IMG/VR virus record: IMGVR_UViG_3300017917_001112
Coordinates: 64,001 to 128,000 of that record
Origin: a virus
Reading direction: 5' to 3' (one strand)
DNA: 64,000 nucleotides
In this document: positions 10,529 through 20,561 of the stretch, in pieces
How the letters are laid out: the number at the start of each line of letters is the position of its first letter
Position numbering within the stretch: position 1 is the first letter of the stretch
Program-made: the position numbers and the translations under genes
Notes under the pieces: generated by a model
What the model was told of the DNA's origin: nothing
The model's database searches: none
Seen by the model: only the letters and a program-made list of their open reading frames with translations

Positions 10529-12115
10529 ATGGATTTTTTTGGTTTTGAGATAAAGCGTAAAAAAGATGATGTCATCGATTCTGTGGTTCCACCACCAATC
10601 GATGACGGATCAACACTTGTAGCAAGTCAAGCTGGTTATTATGCGCAAACGCTAAACACCGACACTCAGATTACAACTGAGAATGATCTTCTTAAAAAAT
10701 ATAGAGATATTTCTAGTTATACTGAGGTTGATGCAGCGATTGAAGACATCGTAAACGAAGCAATTGTTTCTGATGATACTGAAAAGACAGTCTCTTTAAA
10801 TCTTGATGATTTAAAACTGTCAGAATCAATCAAGAAAAAATTTAATGATGAGTTTGATAGTGTTCTTTCATTGTTGGGATTCAATGTAAAAGGACACGAT
10901 ATCTTTAGATCTTGGTATGTTGATGGTAAAATATATTATCAAGTTCTAATTGATGAGGCGAATACTAAACAAGGTATTCAAGAACTTCGATATATTGATG
11001 CGACAAAAATTCGCAAAGTAAAAGAAGTTAAAAAAGAACGAAATAAAAAAAGTGGTGTTGAAGTAATTACGGATGTACAAGAATATTACATCTATAACGA
11101 AAAGGGCATCAACAACAATGCGACTCAAGGTGTAAAACTTGGCGTTGACAGCGTTGTGTCATGTAATTCTGGATTGGTTGATCAAGGCAAGAACATGGTT
11201 CTTAGTCATCTTCATAAAGCAATCAAACCAGTAAATCAATTAAAAATGATTGAAGATTCTTTGGTCATTTACCGTGTAAGTCGTGCGCCAGAGCGTCGCA
11301 TTTTCTACATCGATGTAGGTAACTTACCAAAGATTAAAGCAGAACAGTATATTCGCGACATTATGAACAAGTATCGTAATAAACTTGTTTATGATGCTTC
11401 AACAGGCGAGATTAAAGACGATCGCAAGCACATGTCAATGCTTGAAGATTTTTGGATGCCACGTCGAGAGGGTGGAAAAGGAACAGAGATTACAACACTA
11501 CAGGGTGGTGCTAATCTTGGACAGTTAGAGGATGTTGACTATTTTAAGCAAAAATTATTACAGTCACTTAATGTTCCTATGTCTCGTTTGACACAAGATG
11601 GTGGTGTGTTTAATGTAGGAAAATCTGCTGAGATTTCACGTGATGAGGTTAAATTTTCCAAATTTATTGGCAGACTACGCACTCGTTTCTCTATGTTGTT
11701 TTTGGAAATATTACGTGTACAACTAATTTTAAAAGGTGTTATTCGTGCTGATGAGTGGGATAGTATTAGTCAGTTTATTAAGTTTGATTACAATAAAGAT
11801 AACTACTACGCAGAATTAAAAGAGAATGAAATACTAGCAGGTCGTGTTGCAATGCTACAACAATTAGATCCATTCGTTGGTAAATATTATTCTAAGACAT
11901 ATGTACAACAAGATATTCTTCGTCTGACTGAGCAACAAATTGCAGAAATGCAGAGTCAGATAGAAGTTGAGAAAGATCAAGACTACCTAGACGCAGACCA
12001 TAAGGGAACTGTTTCTGGTGTAACACAAACAGCACAACAGAATTACTTGCAGCAATTTGCGCCAGCGGAAACGCAGGAGGCACCTACAAGTAACAAACCA
12101 CAAGGAGAGCAATAA
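10529..12115 (+). CDS. gp20: Portal protein gp20
   Basis: YRVSRAPERRIFYIDVGNLPK, EDFWMPRREGGKGTEITTL. Confidence 0.97.
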   Translation: MDFFGFEIKRKKDDVIDSVVPPPIDDGSTLVASQAGYYAQTLNTDTQITTENDLLKKYRDISSYTEVDAAIEDIVNEAIVSDDTEKTVSLNLDDLKLSESIKKKFNDEFDSVLSLLGFNVKGHDIFRSWYVDGKIYYQVLIDEANTKQGIQELRYIDATKIRKVKEVKKERNKKSGVEVITDVQEYYIYNEKGINNNATQGVKLGVDSVVSCNSGLVDQGKNMVLSHLHKAIKPVNQLKMIEDSLVIYRVSRAPERRIFYIDVGNLPKIKAEQYIRDIMNKYRNKLVYDASTGEIKDDRKHMSMLEDFWMPRREGGKGTEITTLQGGANLGQLEDVDYFKQKLLQSLNVPMSRLTQDGGVFNVGKSAEISRDEVKFSKFIGRLRTRFSMLFLEILRVQLILKGVIRADEWDSISQFIKFDYNKDNYYAELKENEILAGRVAMLQQLDPFVGKYYSKTYVQQDILRLTEQQIAEMQSQIEVEKDQDYLDADHKGTVSGVTQTAQQNYLQQFAPAETQEAPTSNKPQGEQ

Positions 12116-12116
12116 C

Positions 12117-12428
12117 ATGACAGAGCAAATTCGTGACTTAATTGATTCTATTGTTGATGAGAATCCAGTTCAAGCAGAAAAAACTTTTACAGATATTATG
12201 AGCGATAAAATCGCTGATAAAATTGATGATTATCGTAGAACAATTGCCAATAGTTTTTTCAATCCTGAACCTGTTTCTGAAGAAAATTACAGCAACGAAG
12301 GCGATGGTGGTGGTGAACACGGAGACGGACAATATCCATACAATCAAATGGACATGTGGACAAATGAAGAAGAAACACCAGCAGAAGATCCACCAGCAGA
12401 AGATCCACCAGCAGAAGAAACACCTTAA
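12117..12428 (+). CDS. Prohead core protein (gp67-like)
   Basis: Small acidic protein directly after gp20; start moved to the SD-led ATG at 12117. Confidence 0.65.
   Translation: MTEQIRDLIDSIVDENPVQAEKTFTDIMSDKIADKIDDYRRTIANSFFNPEPVSEENYSNEGDGGGEHGDGQYPYNQMDMWTNEEETPAEDPPAEDPPAEETP
12378..12422 (+). repeat. 3 x 15-bp coding tandem repeat (PAEDP/PAEET)
   Basis: CCAGCAGAAGATCCA twice, then CCAGCAGAAGAAACA. Confidence 0.85.
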
Positions 12429-12979
12429 TGAGACTAAATGATTTTGTTAAGAATTTATACAACAGAAAAGGAAACTACGGAAATGTAGTTTCCGTCTCAA
12501 CACATTATGAGCATCAAATTATTGAAAATGATAAAGGCAAATATTTTGTAGATGGTGTGTTGTTGGAAGCAGAATATAGCGACTTAGAGGAAGTCAAAAG
12601 ACATATTGAATTAGAAGAATCAGCAAAAGTAAGTTTATACGAAGATATTTCGGACATTAAAATTGCTAACATAATTAAAAAACATAACGATAATACTAAA
12701 ATTACAACAACATTAATTGAATCATATACAACTCGTGCTTCCTCTAAGGCATTTGATATAGATCCAGTTCTTATAGAAATGAGGACAACCTACAGGGGTC
12801 AAAATTTAATACAAAATAAGTTGGATTTTAGATTAAAAGATGGAAAATACATAGCAATCGATGAAGAAACTGTAGAGAAAATTGCGAATTTACTAAATAA
12901 TAGTAAACATAAAGAAGAAATTCTAAACTATATGAAGGAATGCGTTGAAAACTTCCTTTATGTAGTAAGAAAATTATAA
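12428..12979 (+). CDS. Hypothetical protein in the head module (gp68 position)
   Basis: Position between gp67-like and gp21; no motif recognised. Confidence 0.5.
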   Translation: MRLNDFVKNLYNRKGNYGNVVSVSTHYEHQIIENDKGKYFVDGVLLEAEYSDLEEVKRHIELEESAKVSLYEDISDIKIANIIKKHNDNTKITTTLIESYTTRASSKAFDIDPVLIEMRTTYRGQNLIQNKLDFRLKDGKYIAIDEETVEKIANLLNNSKHKEEILNYMKECVENFLYVVRKL

Positions 12980-12989
12980 GGAAACTAAA

Positions 12990-13406
12990 ATGGCAGTCAC
13001 AAAAACAGTTGTTCGAAACAACATTAATAAGTGTCTAATCCGTCTTGTTGGAACGGCAAGTAGTGACACCGCAACAGTGACTCTCAATACAGATTGTCTT
13101 GGTGATTTTGAAGCATTAACTACAGGTGGAACAGTAAGAGTTAACATCGCAAAGGTTAAGGCAAGCACCGCAAACAGCATTACTCTCGTACGCAATAGTG
13201 TGACTGTTGGTGCATTTTATGGATCTGACATTATCGATGAATCTGATTGGGTGTTGACTGATCAAAATACACATGATATCGTTGTTACATTTGTTGGTGG
13301 TGCAGGAATGGTGTTATTAGAACTTACAAAAGTAAGTGGCTTCTCACCAGAATTTGAATCCGCACAGTTTGGTGGTGGTGACAACATTAACGCAGTGGGG
13401 TCATAA
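12990..13406 (+). CDS. Putative virion structural protein
   Basis: Good SD, beta-rich composition, directly before gp21. Confidence 0.5.
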   Translation: MAVTKTVVRNNINKCLIRLVGTASSDTATVTLNTDCLGDFEALTTGGTVRVNIAKVKASTANSITLVRNSVTVGAFYGSDIIDESDWVLTDQNTHDIVVTFVGGAGMVLLELTKVSGFSPEFESAQFGGGDNINAVGS

Positions 13407-13409
13407 TCC

Positions 13410-14060
13410 ATGAAACTTATTAGAGAACAAGTAACAGAAACCAAATTTTTCGTTGAAGAAAAACTTGGTAAGGGAAAACAATATTTTATTGAGGGAGTGT
13501 TCCTTCAATCAGAATTAAAAAACCGCAATGGTCGTATGTATCCAGAGGGTGTGATGGACAAAGAAGTCGGTCGCTACATGGAGCAATACGTAAAGAACAA
13601 TCGTGCTTACGGTGAGTTGGGTCATCCAGACACACCTACTATCAATTTAGATCGTGTGTCGCATTTGATCGTTGACCTTCGTAAAGAAGGCAAAAACTAT
13701 ATTGGTAAAGCAAAGATTCTAGAAACACCTATGGGTAATATTGCACGTGGTCTATTGGACGGTGGAGCAAACCTTGGAGTTTCAAGTCGAGCACTAGGTT
13801 CTCTAAAAGAGAACAAAGATGGTGTTCAGATTGTACAGGACGACTTTATGCTGTCAACTGCAGCTGACATCGTCGCCGACCCATCGGCTCCAGATGCTTT
13901 CGTTCGTGGCATTATGGAAGGTGTAGAGTGGGTATATGTTGATGGAAAATACGTGCAAAGAGACATCGAAGAAGCAAGAAAAAACATTAGAGCAACTTCC
14001 TCTAAAAAACTATCAGAGCAATCACTCATTGAATTTGCTCGTTTTTTGAAGAAACTCTAA
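13410..14060 (+). CDS. gp21: Prohead protease gp21
   Basis: NRNGRMYP, GELGHP, GVSSRALGS, DIVADPSAPDAFV. Confidence 0.97.
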   Translation: MKLIREQVTETKFFVEEKLGKGKQYFIEGVFLQSELKNRNGRMYPEGVMDKEVGRYMEQYVKNNRAYGELGHPDTPTINLDRVSHLIVDLRKEGKNYIGKAKILETPMGNIARGLLDGGANLGVSSRALGSLKENKDGVQIVQDDFMLSTAADIVADPSAPDAFVRGIMEGVEWVYVDGKYVQRDIEEARKNIRATSSKKLSEQSLIEFARFLKKL

Positions 14061-14064
14061 GTTT

Positions 14065-14072
14065 TATAAATA
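14065..14072 (+). promoter_or_regulatory. Late promoter TATAAATA
   Basis: Exact consensus upstream of gp22/gp23. Confidence 0.8.
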
Positions 14073-14122
14073 GAATTTATCGAAACTAATCGGACATAAC
14101 CTACTAAAAACAGGAGACTATA

Positions 14123-15121
14123 ATGTCAGTTGAAAAGAAAATTGCGGAATTATTGGCTGAATCTAAAAAACTTCAGGAACAAGACGAGACTATCGTTGAA
14201 GAGTCTGAAGAGCTAGAGGAAGGTGCTGCTGAAACTATCAAAGCAAAAGGTAGCGCAGGTGGCGAAGGTGACAACGCTGATAACAAGCGCAACCAAGGCA
14301 CAGACAAGCCAGAAGTAAAAACAAATAAAGACAGTTCTAAAGCTGGTTCAGGTGGAGCAGCTGCTCAAGCATCTGAAATTGCAGGAATGAAGAAAGAGGA
14401 AATTAAGTATGATTCTTCAGAAGACGTTGCTGCTCTAGTAGAGGGTGAAGAACTATCAGAAGAATTCAAAACAAAGGCTGCAACAATTTTTGAAGCAGCA
14501 GTTGTAACAAGAGTCAAAGAAGAAATTTCTAAGATTCAAGAACAGTATGACGCACAACTCGTAGAAGAGTTTGTGAAGATTAAAGAGGAACTCGTTGAAA
14601 AGGTAGATGGATATCTCGGCTACGTTGCTGAGCAGTGGATTAAACAGAATGAAATTGCCCTCGAAAGCGGAATCAAAGCAGAACTTGCTGAATCTTTCAT
14701 TGAAGGTATGAAGCGTGTGTTCGAAGAACATTACGTTGATGTGCCAGCTGAGAAGTATGATATTCTCGGAGACTTAGAGTCTAAGGTGGAAGAATTAGAA
14801 GGTAAACTAAATGAGACCGTAAATGCAAATATTGAAATGACAAAGCAAATTGCAGAAATGCAGCGTGCTGGTATCGTAGCAGAAATGACTGAAGGTCTAA
14901 CAGACACTGAAGCAGAAAAGTTTGCTACATTGGCTTCTGAAATTGTTTGCGAAGATGTAGATTCTTATACTAAGAAACTACAAACAATTCGTGAATCATA
15001 TTTTAAAGAAGCAAAACCAGTTGCTAAAGACAGCGTCGAGTCTGGAACAGCAAAAGAGCAAGTGATTACAGAATCAGTTGCCCAATATGCTCAAGCAATT
15101 GCTAAACTAAACAAAAAGTAA
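14123..15121 (+). CDS. gp22: Prohead scaffolding protein gp22
   Basis: LSEEFKTKAATIFEAAV, VDGYLGYVAEQW; acidic coiled coil. Confidence 0.93.
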   Translation: MSVEKKIAELLAESKKLQEQDETIVEESEELEEGAAETIKAKGSAGGEGDNADNKRNQGTDKPEVKTNKDSSKAGSGGAAAQASEIAGMKKEEIKYDSSEDVAALVEGEELSEEFKTKAATIFEAAVVTRVKEEISKIQEQYDAQLVEEFVKIKEELVEKVDGYLGYVAEQWIKQNEIALESGIKAELAESFIEGMKRVFEEHYVDVPAEKYDILGDLESKVEELEGKLNETVNANIEMTKQIAEMQRAGIVAEMTEGLTDTEAEKFATLASEIVCEDVDSYTKKLQTIRESYFKEAKPVAKDSVESGTAKEQVITESVAQYAQAIAKLNKK

Positions 15122-15147
15122 AATAACCTTTTCAGGAGAAAAATAAC

Positions 15148-16506
15148 ATGACAATGTTAAGAGAAGATCTAGTTAAAAAATGGTCACCAATTCTCGAGAA
15201 CGAGAATTTGCCAGAAATCAAAGACCAGTATCGTAAAGAAGTTACTGCTGTTCTTTTAGAGAACCAAGAGCGTTCATTGCAAGAAGAGCGTGCTGCTCTA
15301 TTCGAAGCAGTTCCAAGTAATGCGAACTACAATGGTTCATCAACAAACCCAGACACAGGTGGTGTCGCTAAGTACGATCCAATTTTGATCAACTTGGTAC
15401 GTCGTGCTGCTCCACAAATGATCGCTTATGATCTTTGCGGTGTTCAGCCAATGACAGGTCCAACAGGATTGGTATTCGCAATGAAGAGCCGTTATGGCAA
15501 TCAAAGTGGTGGCGAAGCACTTTACAACGAAGCAAATGCTGAGTTTGCAGGTGGCGACTTGGGTTCTAACACAAATCAATCAACTATCTCTGGTTCTAAC
15601 TGGTTCTCATCAGTTAACAATCCAGGTGGTATGACAACTGCTCAAGCTGAAGGTGGATATTCTTCATCATCTACTGGCGCAGCACCAGCATCAGATCCAG
15701 GTCCTGGTTCTACAACTTTCAATGAGATGGCATTCACAATCGAGAAGACAAGCGTAACTGCTAAATCTCGTGCATTGAAAGCTGAATACTCAATCGAATT
15801 AGCACAAGATATGAAGGCAATTCATGGTCTTGATGCTGAGAGCGAGTTAAGCAATATTCTTTCAACAGAAATTCTTGCTGAGATCAATCGCGAAGTTATC
15901 CGCACAATCTATTACACAGCTAAATCTGGTGCTGCTTCTGGCACAGTTACAACAGCTGGCGTATTTGATTTGGATACAGATGCTAATGGTCGTTGGTCAG
16001 TTGAGAAGTTCAAAGGTCTATTGTTCCAAATCGAACGTGATGCTAACGTAATCGCACAAGAAACACGTCGTGGTAAAGGTAACTTCATCCTTTGCTCTTC
16101 AGATGTTGCATCTGCATTAGCAATGGCTGGTGTTCTTGACTACGCTCCTGCTCTTTCAACAAATCTAACAGTTGACGACGCAGGTAATACATTCGCTGGT
16201 GTTCTAAATGGTCGCTATCGTGTCTATATTGATCCATATGCATCGAATGGTGGTGCTAATGATCAATTCTACGTAGTTGGTTACAAAGGTTCTAGCGCAT
16301 TCGACGCTGGTATTTTCTACTGCCCATACGTTCCTCTACAAATGGTTCGTGCTGTAGATCCAAATACATTCCAGCCAAAGATTGGTTTCAAGACACGCTA
16401 CGGCATGCTTGCTAACCCATTCGCAACTGGAACATCATTGGCTACATCAATCGGTTCTAACAACAACGTCTACTATCGTAGAGTTCGTGTTCAGAACATT
16501 ATGTAA
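15148..16506 (+). CDS. gp23: Major capsid protein gp23
   Basis: GVQPMTGPTGLVFAMKSRY, AKSRALKAEYSIELAQD, FQPKIGFKTRYG. Confidence 0.98.
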   Translation: MTMLREDLVKKWSPILENENLPEIKDQYRKEVTAVLLENQERSLQEERAALFEAVPSNANYNGSSTNPDTGGVAKYDPILINLVRRAAPQMIAYDLCGVQPMTGPTGLVFAMKSRYGNQSGGEALYNEANAEFAGGDLGSNTNQSTISGSNWFSSVNNPGGMTTAQAEGGYSSSSTGAAPASDPGPGSTTFNEMAFTIEKTSVTAKSRALKAEYSIELAQDMKAIHGLDAESELSNILSTEILAEINREVIRTIYYTAKSGAASGTVTTAGVFDLDTDANGRWSVEKFKGLLFQIERDANVIAQETRRGKGNFILCSSDVASALAMAGVLDYAPALSTNLTVDDAGNTFAGVLNGRYRVYIDPYASNGGANDQFYVVGYKGSSAFDAGIFYCPYVPLQMVRAVDPNTFQPKIGFKTRYGMLANPFATGTSLATSIGSNNNVYYRRVRVQNIM

Positions 16507-16538
16507 TTGATGAAGCTACCGTAAGAGTAGTGTTTGAC

Positions 16539-16564
16539 AAGGGGAGCTTCGGCTCCCCTTTTTT
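16539..16564 (+). terminator. Intrinsic terminator after gp23
   Basis: AAGGGGAGC-TTCG-GCTCCCCTT followed by a T-tract. Confidence 0.92.
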
Positions 16565-16581
16565 GTTGAATAAATATATGC

Positions 16582-16797
16582 ATGCAAGATAAGAATGTTA
16601 AAGTTATTGTCCTTTCAGAACTTCTCGAATCTCGTGCTAGAAAAGAGAAGGAGCTACAGTATTACTGCGAACAACTCAAAGAGTTACAAGTAAGAATGAA
16701 CTGGATACAGGCAGAAATAAATTTAACAACTAGAATCATAGACATGATTGAAAAGGAAAAACTTTTTGACATGGAAAAATATTTAAGAGAGAAATAA
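16582..16797 (+). CDS. Hypothetical coiled-coil protein
   Basis: 71 aa, preceded by late-like AATAAATA, coupled to gp3. Confidence 0.6.
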   Translation: MQDKNVKVIVLSELLESRARKEKELQYYCEQLKELQVRMNWIQAEINLTTRIIDMIEKEKLFDMEKYLREK

Positions 16798-17348
16798 TGG
16801 CAAACATTCCAGCACAATGGTCTACTAAAATACCAGAAAACATGAACCCACTGGCTCCAACTGGGTTTAGATTTCTTATTACCAAATTACCAAAGATGCA
16901 GTTTTATTGTCAAACTGTTAATCTTCCAAGCATCACACTTGGTGAACCTGAATTCAGCACACCATATTCAACTATTCCAATTCCAGGCGAAAAACTAGCA
17001 TTCGGAGATTTAAGTCTTCAGTTTCTTGTTGACGAAACTCTAGAAAATTACAAAGCAATCAATGGATGGCTAATGGGATTGGGTTTCCCAATAGATAACA
17101 AACAATATACAGATTTCTTAGCACAAGATCAAGTATCAGCATCAAGTGGTTCCGAATATGTTCGTAATACTTCGGATGCATCTCTTTTTATTTTGACAAA
17201 TAATAACACTGAGAGTAAAATAGTTACATTCAAGAACATGTTTCCAACATCACTCGAAAGTTTAACATTCACAGCTGTTGATTCGGATGTGAATTATTTG
17301 ATAGGAAATGCAACTTTCAGGTATAATTATTACGTGTTCGAAAATTAA
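16797..17348 (+). CDS. gp3: Tail completion/tube terminator gp3
   Basis: PTGFRFLITKLP, FYCQTVNLPSITLG, FLVDETLENY, ATFRYNYY; gp23-gp3-uvsY-uvsW synteny. Confidence 0.9.
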   Translation: MANIPAQWSTKIPENMNPLAPTGFRFLITKLPKMQFYCQTVNLPSITLGEPEFSTPYSTIPIPGEKLAFGDLSLQFLVDETLENYKAINGWLMGLGFPIDNKQYTDFLAQDQVSASSGSEYVRNTSDASLFILTNNNTESKIVTFKNMFPTSLESLTFTAVDSDVNYLIGNATFRYNYYVFEN

Positions 17349-17368
17349 ATTTTATTTTTGGAGTTGTT

Positions 17369-17806
17369 ATGAATCTTGAGCAGTTAATGTCAATGTGGGA
17401 GAACGATTGTAAAATTGATGACGATCATTTGGGTGAAGCGTCAACAGATACACCTAATTTACATTCAAAATATATCAATCATTTGGTATCATACAAACTG
17501 AAACTTGCTAAAATCAAAGGCGACTATAATCTCCTACGCAAAAACAAATTTAGATATTATCGTGGCGAACTAACACGTCAAGAGTTAGAAGATCTTGGAT
17601 GGATGCAATGGCAGGGTGTCAAGCCACTTAAAAATGAGATGGATGAATTTCTACAAGGTGATACAGACTTAGTTCAAATGGAACAAAAAGTTGAATATCT
17701 AAACACAATCGTATACTTCTTAGAATCTGTTTTGAGTCAGATTCGTTCACGTGACTTTCAAATTAAAAATGGAATTCAGTGGAAACAATTTCTAGTCGGA
17801 ATGTAA
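17369..17806 (+). CDS. uvsY: Recombination mediator UvsY
   Basis: TPNLHSKY, RYYRGE, IRSRDFQIKNGIQWKQF. Confidence 0.9.
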   Translation: MNLEQLMSMWENDCKIDDDHLGEASTDTPNLHSKYINHLVSYKLKLAKIKGDYNLLRKNKFRYYRGELTRQELEDLGWMQWQGVKPLKNEMDEFLQGDTDLVQMEQKVEYLNTIVYFLESVLSQIRSRDFQIKNGIQWKQFLVGM

Positions 17807-19296
17807 TGGATAAAATAGTAGTTGAAAATTTTGATAATGTGAATATCCGTGTGTTTTCGGATATAAACATTGAGCATGAACTGAGTAATTTTTTTACATT
17901 TGAGGTTCCTGGTGCTAAATTCATGCCAGCATATAAAGCGAGGATGTGGGATGGTAAAATTAGACTCTACGATTTACAAAGAAAAACACTGTATGCTGGA
18001 CTCAAATACTATGTTAAAGAGTTTGCGGACAGAAATGGATACAAATATCACGAGTTGGCAGCAGAACATTATCGACCTGTGCCTACTGTCGAATATACAT
18101 ATGAACAAGTATCAGAATATGCCCACGCTCTCAATCTCACTGCTAGAGGGGAACCGATTGAAATTCGAGATTATCAAATAGATGCTATTCGCAACTGTTT
18201 AAATAATAATAGGCAACTACTACTCTCTCCTACTGCATCAGGTAAGTCACTAATTATATACACACTGATGCGTCATTATGTTACTGAAGGTAAGAAATGC
18301 ATTCTTATCGTACCAACAACATCTTTAGTTGAACAGATGTACACTGATTTTGTTGACTATTCGCATGTGAATGGTTGGCGTGTTGACAGACACTGTCAAA
18401 AATTATACAGTGGTTTTACTAAAGATATTTCCTCAGATGTGTTGATTACAACATGGCAATCTATTTACAAACAACCAAAGGGATGGTTTGACAAATTTCA
18501 GGTTGTGTTTGGTGATGAGGCACATCAATTCAAAGCAAAATCTCTAGCAACAGTTATGGAAAAAATGACTGGCATTCCATATCGTATAGGAACAACAGGC
18601 ACTCTTGATAACAAACAAGTGCATCGTCTTGTGCTCGAGGGATTATTTGGTCCAGTATATAAAGTTACTACTACCAAGAAATTGATGGAAACACAAAGAG
18701 TAGCAAAACTAAATATAAAATGTGTTCTACTGAAATACGATGAGGAAACCAGAAAGAAGCGCAAGAATAATTTATACCAAGAAGAGATGGATTTTCTAGT
18801 CTCTTACCAGAAGCGTAATCGCTTCATTAAGAATCTTGCCCAAACTTTAACTGGAAATACTCTAATCCTGTTTCAATATGTTGAGAAACATGGAAAAGTA
18901 TTACATGATTTGTTTGGTAACATTAAAGATAAAAACGTGGCTATCGTTCACGGAGATATTGATGTTGCTGAAAGAGAACGCATCAGACATATGGCAGAAC
19001 AACGTGATGATATGTTGATTCTCGCATCATACGGAACATTCTCTACAGGCATTAACATTCCTTCAATTGAGAATATTATTTTCGCATCACCAAGCAAGTC
19101 AAGAATTAGAAATTTACAATCAATCGGTCGTGGTTTACGATTGAAAGATGGTAAAGAAAGTTGTACTCTCTATGACATTGCTGACGATTTATCATATAAA
19201 TCTTGGAAAAATCATACACTAAATCATTTTATGGAGAGAGTAAAACTATATGCTGAAGAGCAGTTTTCTGTCAAAATAAATGAAGTGGAACTATGA
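17806..19296 (+). CDS. uvsW: SF2 helicase UvsW
   Basis: WDGKIRL, SPTASGKS, DEAH, QSIGRGLR; start moved to the ATG overlapping the uvsY stop. Confidence 0.95.
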   Translation: MDKIVVENFDNVNIRVFSDINIEHELSNFFTFEVPGAKFMPAYKARMWDGKIRLYDLQRKTLYAGLKYYVKEFADRNGYKYHELAAEHYRPVPTVEYTYEQVSEYAHALNLTARGEPIEIRDYQIDAIRNCLNNNRQLLLSPTASGKSLIIYTLMRHYVTEGKKCILIVPTTSLVEQMYTDFVDYSHVNGWRVDRHCQKLYSGFTKDISSDVLITTWQSIYKQPKGWFDKFQVVFGDEAHQFKAKSLATVMEKMTGIPYRIGTTGTLDNKQVHRLVLEGLFGPVYKVTTTKKLMETQRVAKLNIKCVLLKYDEETRKKRKNNLYQEEMDFLVSYQKRNRFIKNLAQTLTGNTLILFQYVEKHGKVLHDLFGNIKDKNVAIVHGDIDVAERERIRHMAEQRDDMLILASYGTFSTGINIPSIENIIFASPSKSRIRNLQSIGRGLRLKDGKESCTLYDIADDLSYKSWKNHTLNHFMERVKLYAEEQFSVKINEVEL

Positions 19297-19748
19297 TAGA
19301 TTTCAGAGTTATGCGTATGGCAACAGGAGAAAGTTTCTTGTGTATTGTTAAGCAAGAAACTGAAAAAGATATCACAGTACTGTTTCCATTACTAATCACC
19401 AAACAAACATTTCAAGTAGCTCAAAATGTTATGAGAGAAGTGCATTCAACTTCTTCATTTTGCCCATTTACTGATGACAAAGAATTTACCTTTTCAAAGA
19501 AAGAATTGACATTCATTAAACCAATGAATAAAGACGCTGTTCCTTACTATGTTGATATGTTAAACAAACAAGAAGAACCAGAAGCATTACAAAATTATGA
19601 TCTCGGAGAGTTGGTTAAACCAGAGAATTTTATTGACATGAAAGAAATTATTGATGAAAAAATGGAACAGTTAATGCAAAAGATGGAAGAAATACAAGAT
19701 GAGACAGAGGACATGGTAACACGTGATCCAAACAAAACATTACATTAA
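19293..19748 (+). CDS. Hypothetical protein between uvsW and gp55
   Basis: Coupled start; position occupied by a small conserved gene in T4-like phages. Confidence 0.6.
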   Translation: MIDFRVMRMATGESFLCIVKQETEKDITVLFPLLITKQTFQVAQNVMREVHSTSSFCPFTDDKEFTFSKKELTFIKPMNKDAVPYYVDMLNKQEEPEALQNYDLGELVKPENFIDMKEIIDEKMEQLMQKMEEIQDETEDMVTRDPNKTLH

Positions 19749-19754
19749 ATAAAT

Positions 19755-19783
19755 TTGACAATTTATTGATTATGTAGTATAAT
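19755..19783 (+). promoter_or_regulatory. sigma70 promoter for gp55-gp47-gp46
   Basis: TTGACA-N17-TATAAT. Confidence 0.85.
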
Positions 19784-19813
19784 GTCTTTAGTATTATATT
19801 AAGTGGGGCGACA

Positions 19814-20374
19814 ATGACGGAAACAACAACAAAAGAAAAAGCGCATTATGTGAATAATGCCGATTTCTTAGCAGCAATAAAAATATACAGACAGAGTGTA
19901 CTAGATGCTGAGGCATCTGGTGATGAGAAACCTCGTGTTCCCGAATATATTGGGGAATGCTTGATGAAAATAGCAACACACCTGTCTTATAAATCCAATT
20001 TTATCAATTATACATACAGAGAAGATATGATTCTTGATGGAGTCGAGAACTGTCTTCAGTACATTGACAACTTTGATCCAACAAAATCTAGTAATCCATT
20101 TGCTTATTTTACGCAAATTATTTACTACGCATTTATCCGAAAAATCCAAAAAGAAAAGAAACAAACTTATGTCAAAAACAAGATGATTCTTGAAATGCCA
20201 TTTGAGATGTTTGATCTACAAGAACAAGACGAAGATGGTGAGTGGACGAATCAAATGATGGAATATTTGCGTAGTAATAATGATTCAGATTATAATATGC
20301 CAAAGAAGAAACCAGCAAAGAAAAAAACCAAAAACAATCTCGAGAGTTTTTTGGGAGATGAGAATGGAAGTTGA
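19814..20374 (+). CDS. gp55: Late-transcription sigma factor gp55
   Basis: HYVNNADFL, NPFAYFTQIIYYAFIRKIQKEKKQ; C-terminal NLESFLG. Confidence 0.96.
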   Translation: MTETTTKEKAHYVNNADFLAAIKIYRQSVLDAEASGDEKPRVPEYIGECLMKIATHLSYKSNFINYTYREDMILDGVENCLQYIDNFDPTKSSNPFAYFTQIIYYAFIRKIQKEKKQTYVKNKMILEMPFEMFDLQEQDEDGEWTNQMMEYLRSNNDSDYNMPKKKPAKKKTKNNLESFLGDENGS

Positions 20375-20561
20375 AAAACAAAAATGGATGGTCAAATATT
20401 ATAGCACAATTTCTACTTCTGAACAAAGTATGATGTATAAAATGTTTGAAGAACAAAAAGATGCTTATGAATTTATAACAAAATTGGGAGACAGATTTGT
20501 TGAGATGACGGAGATAAGAAAACCAAAAGGATACCCTGATGCGGAGTTGGATTTATTATGA
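20364..20561 (+). CDS. Small hypothetical protein
   Basis: Fills the gp55-gp47 gap with overlapping start and stop. Confidence 0.55.
   Translation: MEVEKQKWMVKYYSTISTSEQSMMYKMFEEQKDAYEFITKLGDRFVEMTEIRKPKGYPDAELDLL

Noticed and set aside
16582-16797. Relocated gp16
   Set aside because: Too short and lacking recognisable small-terminase features.
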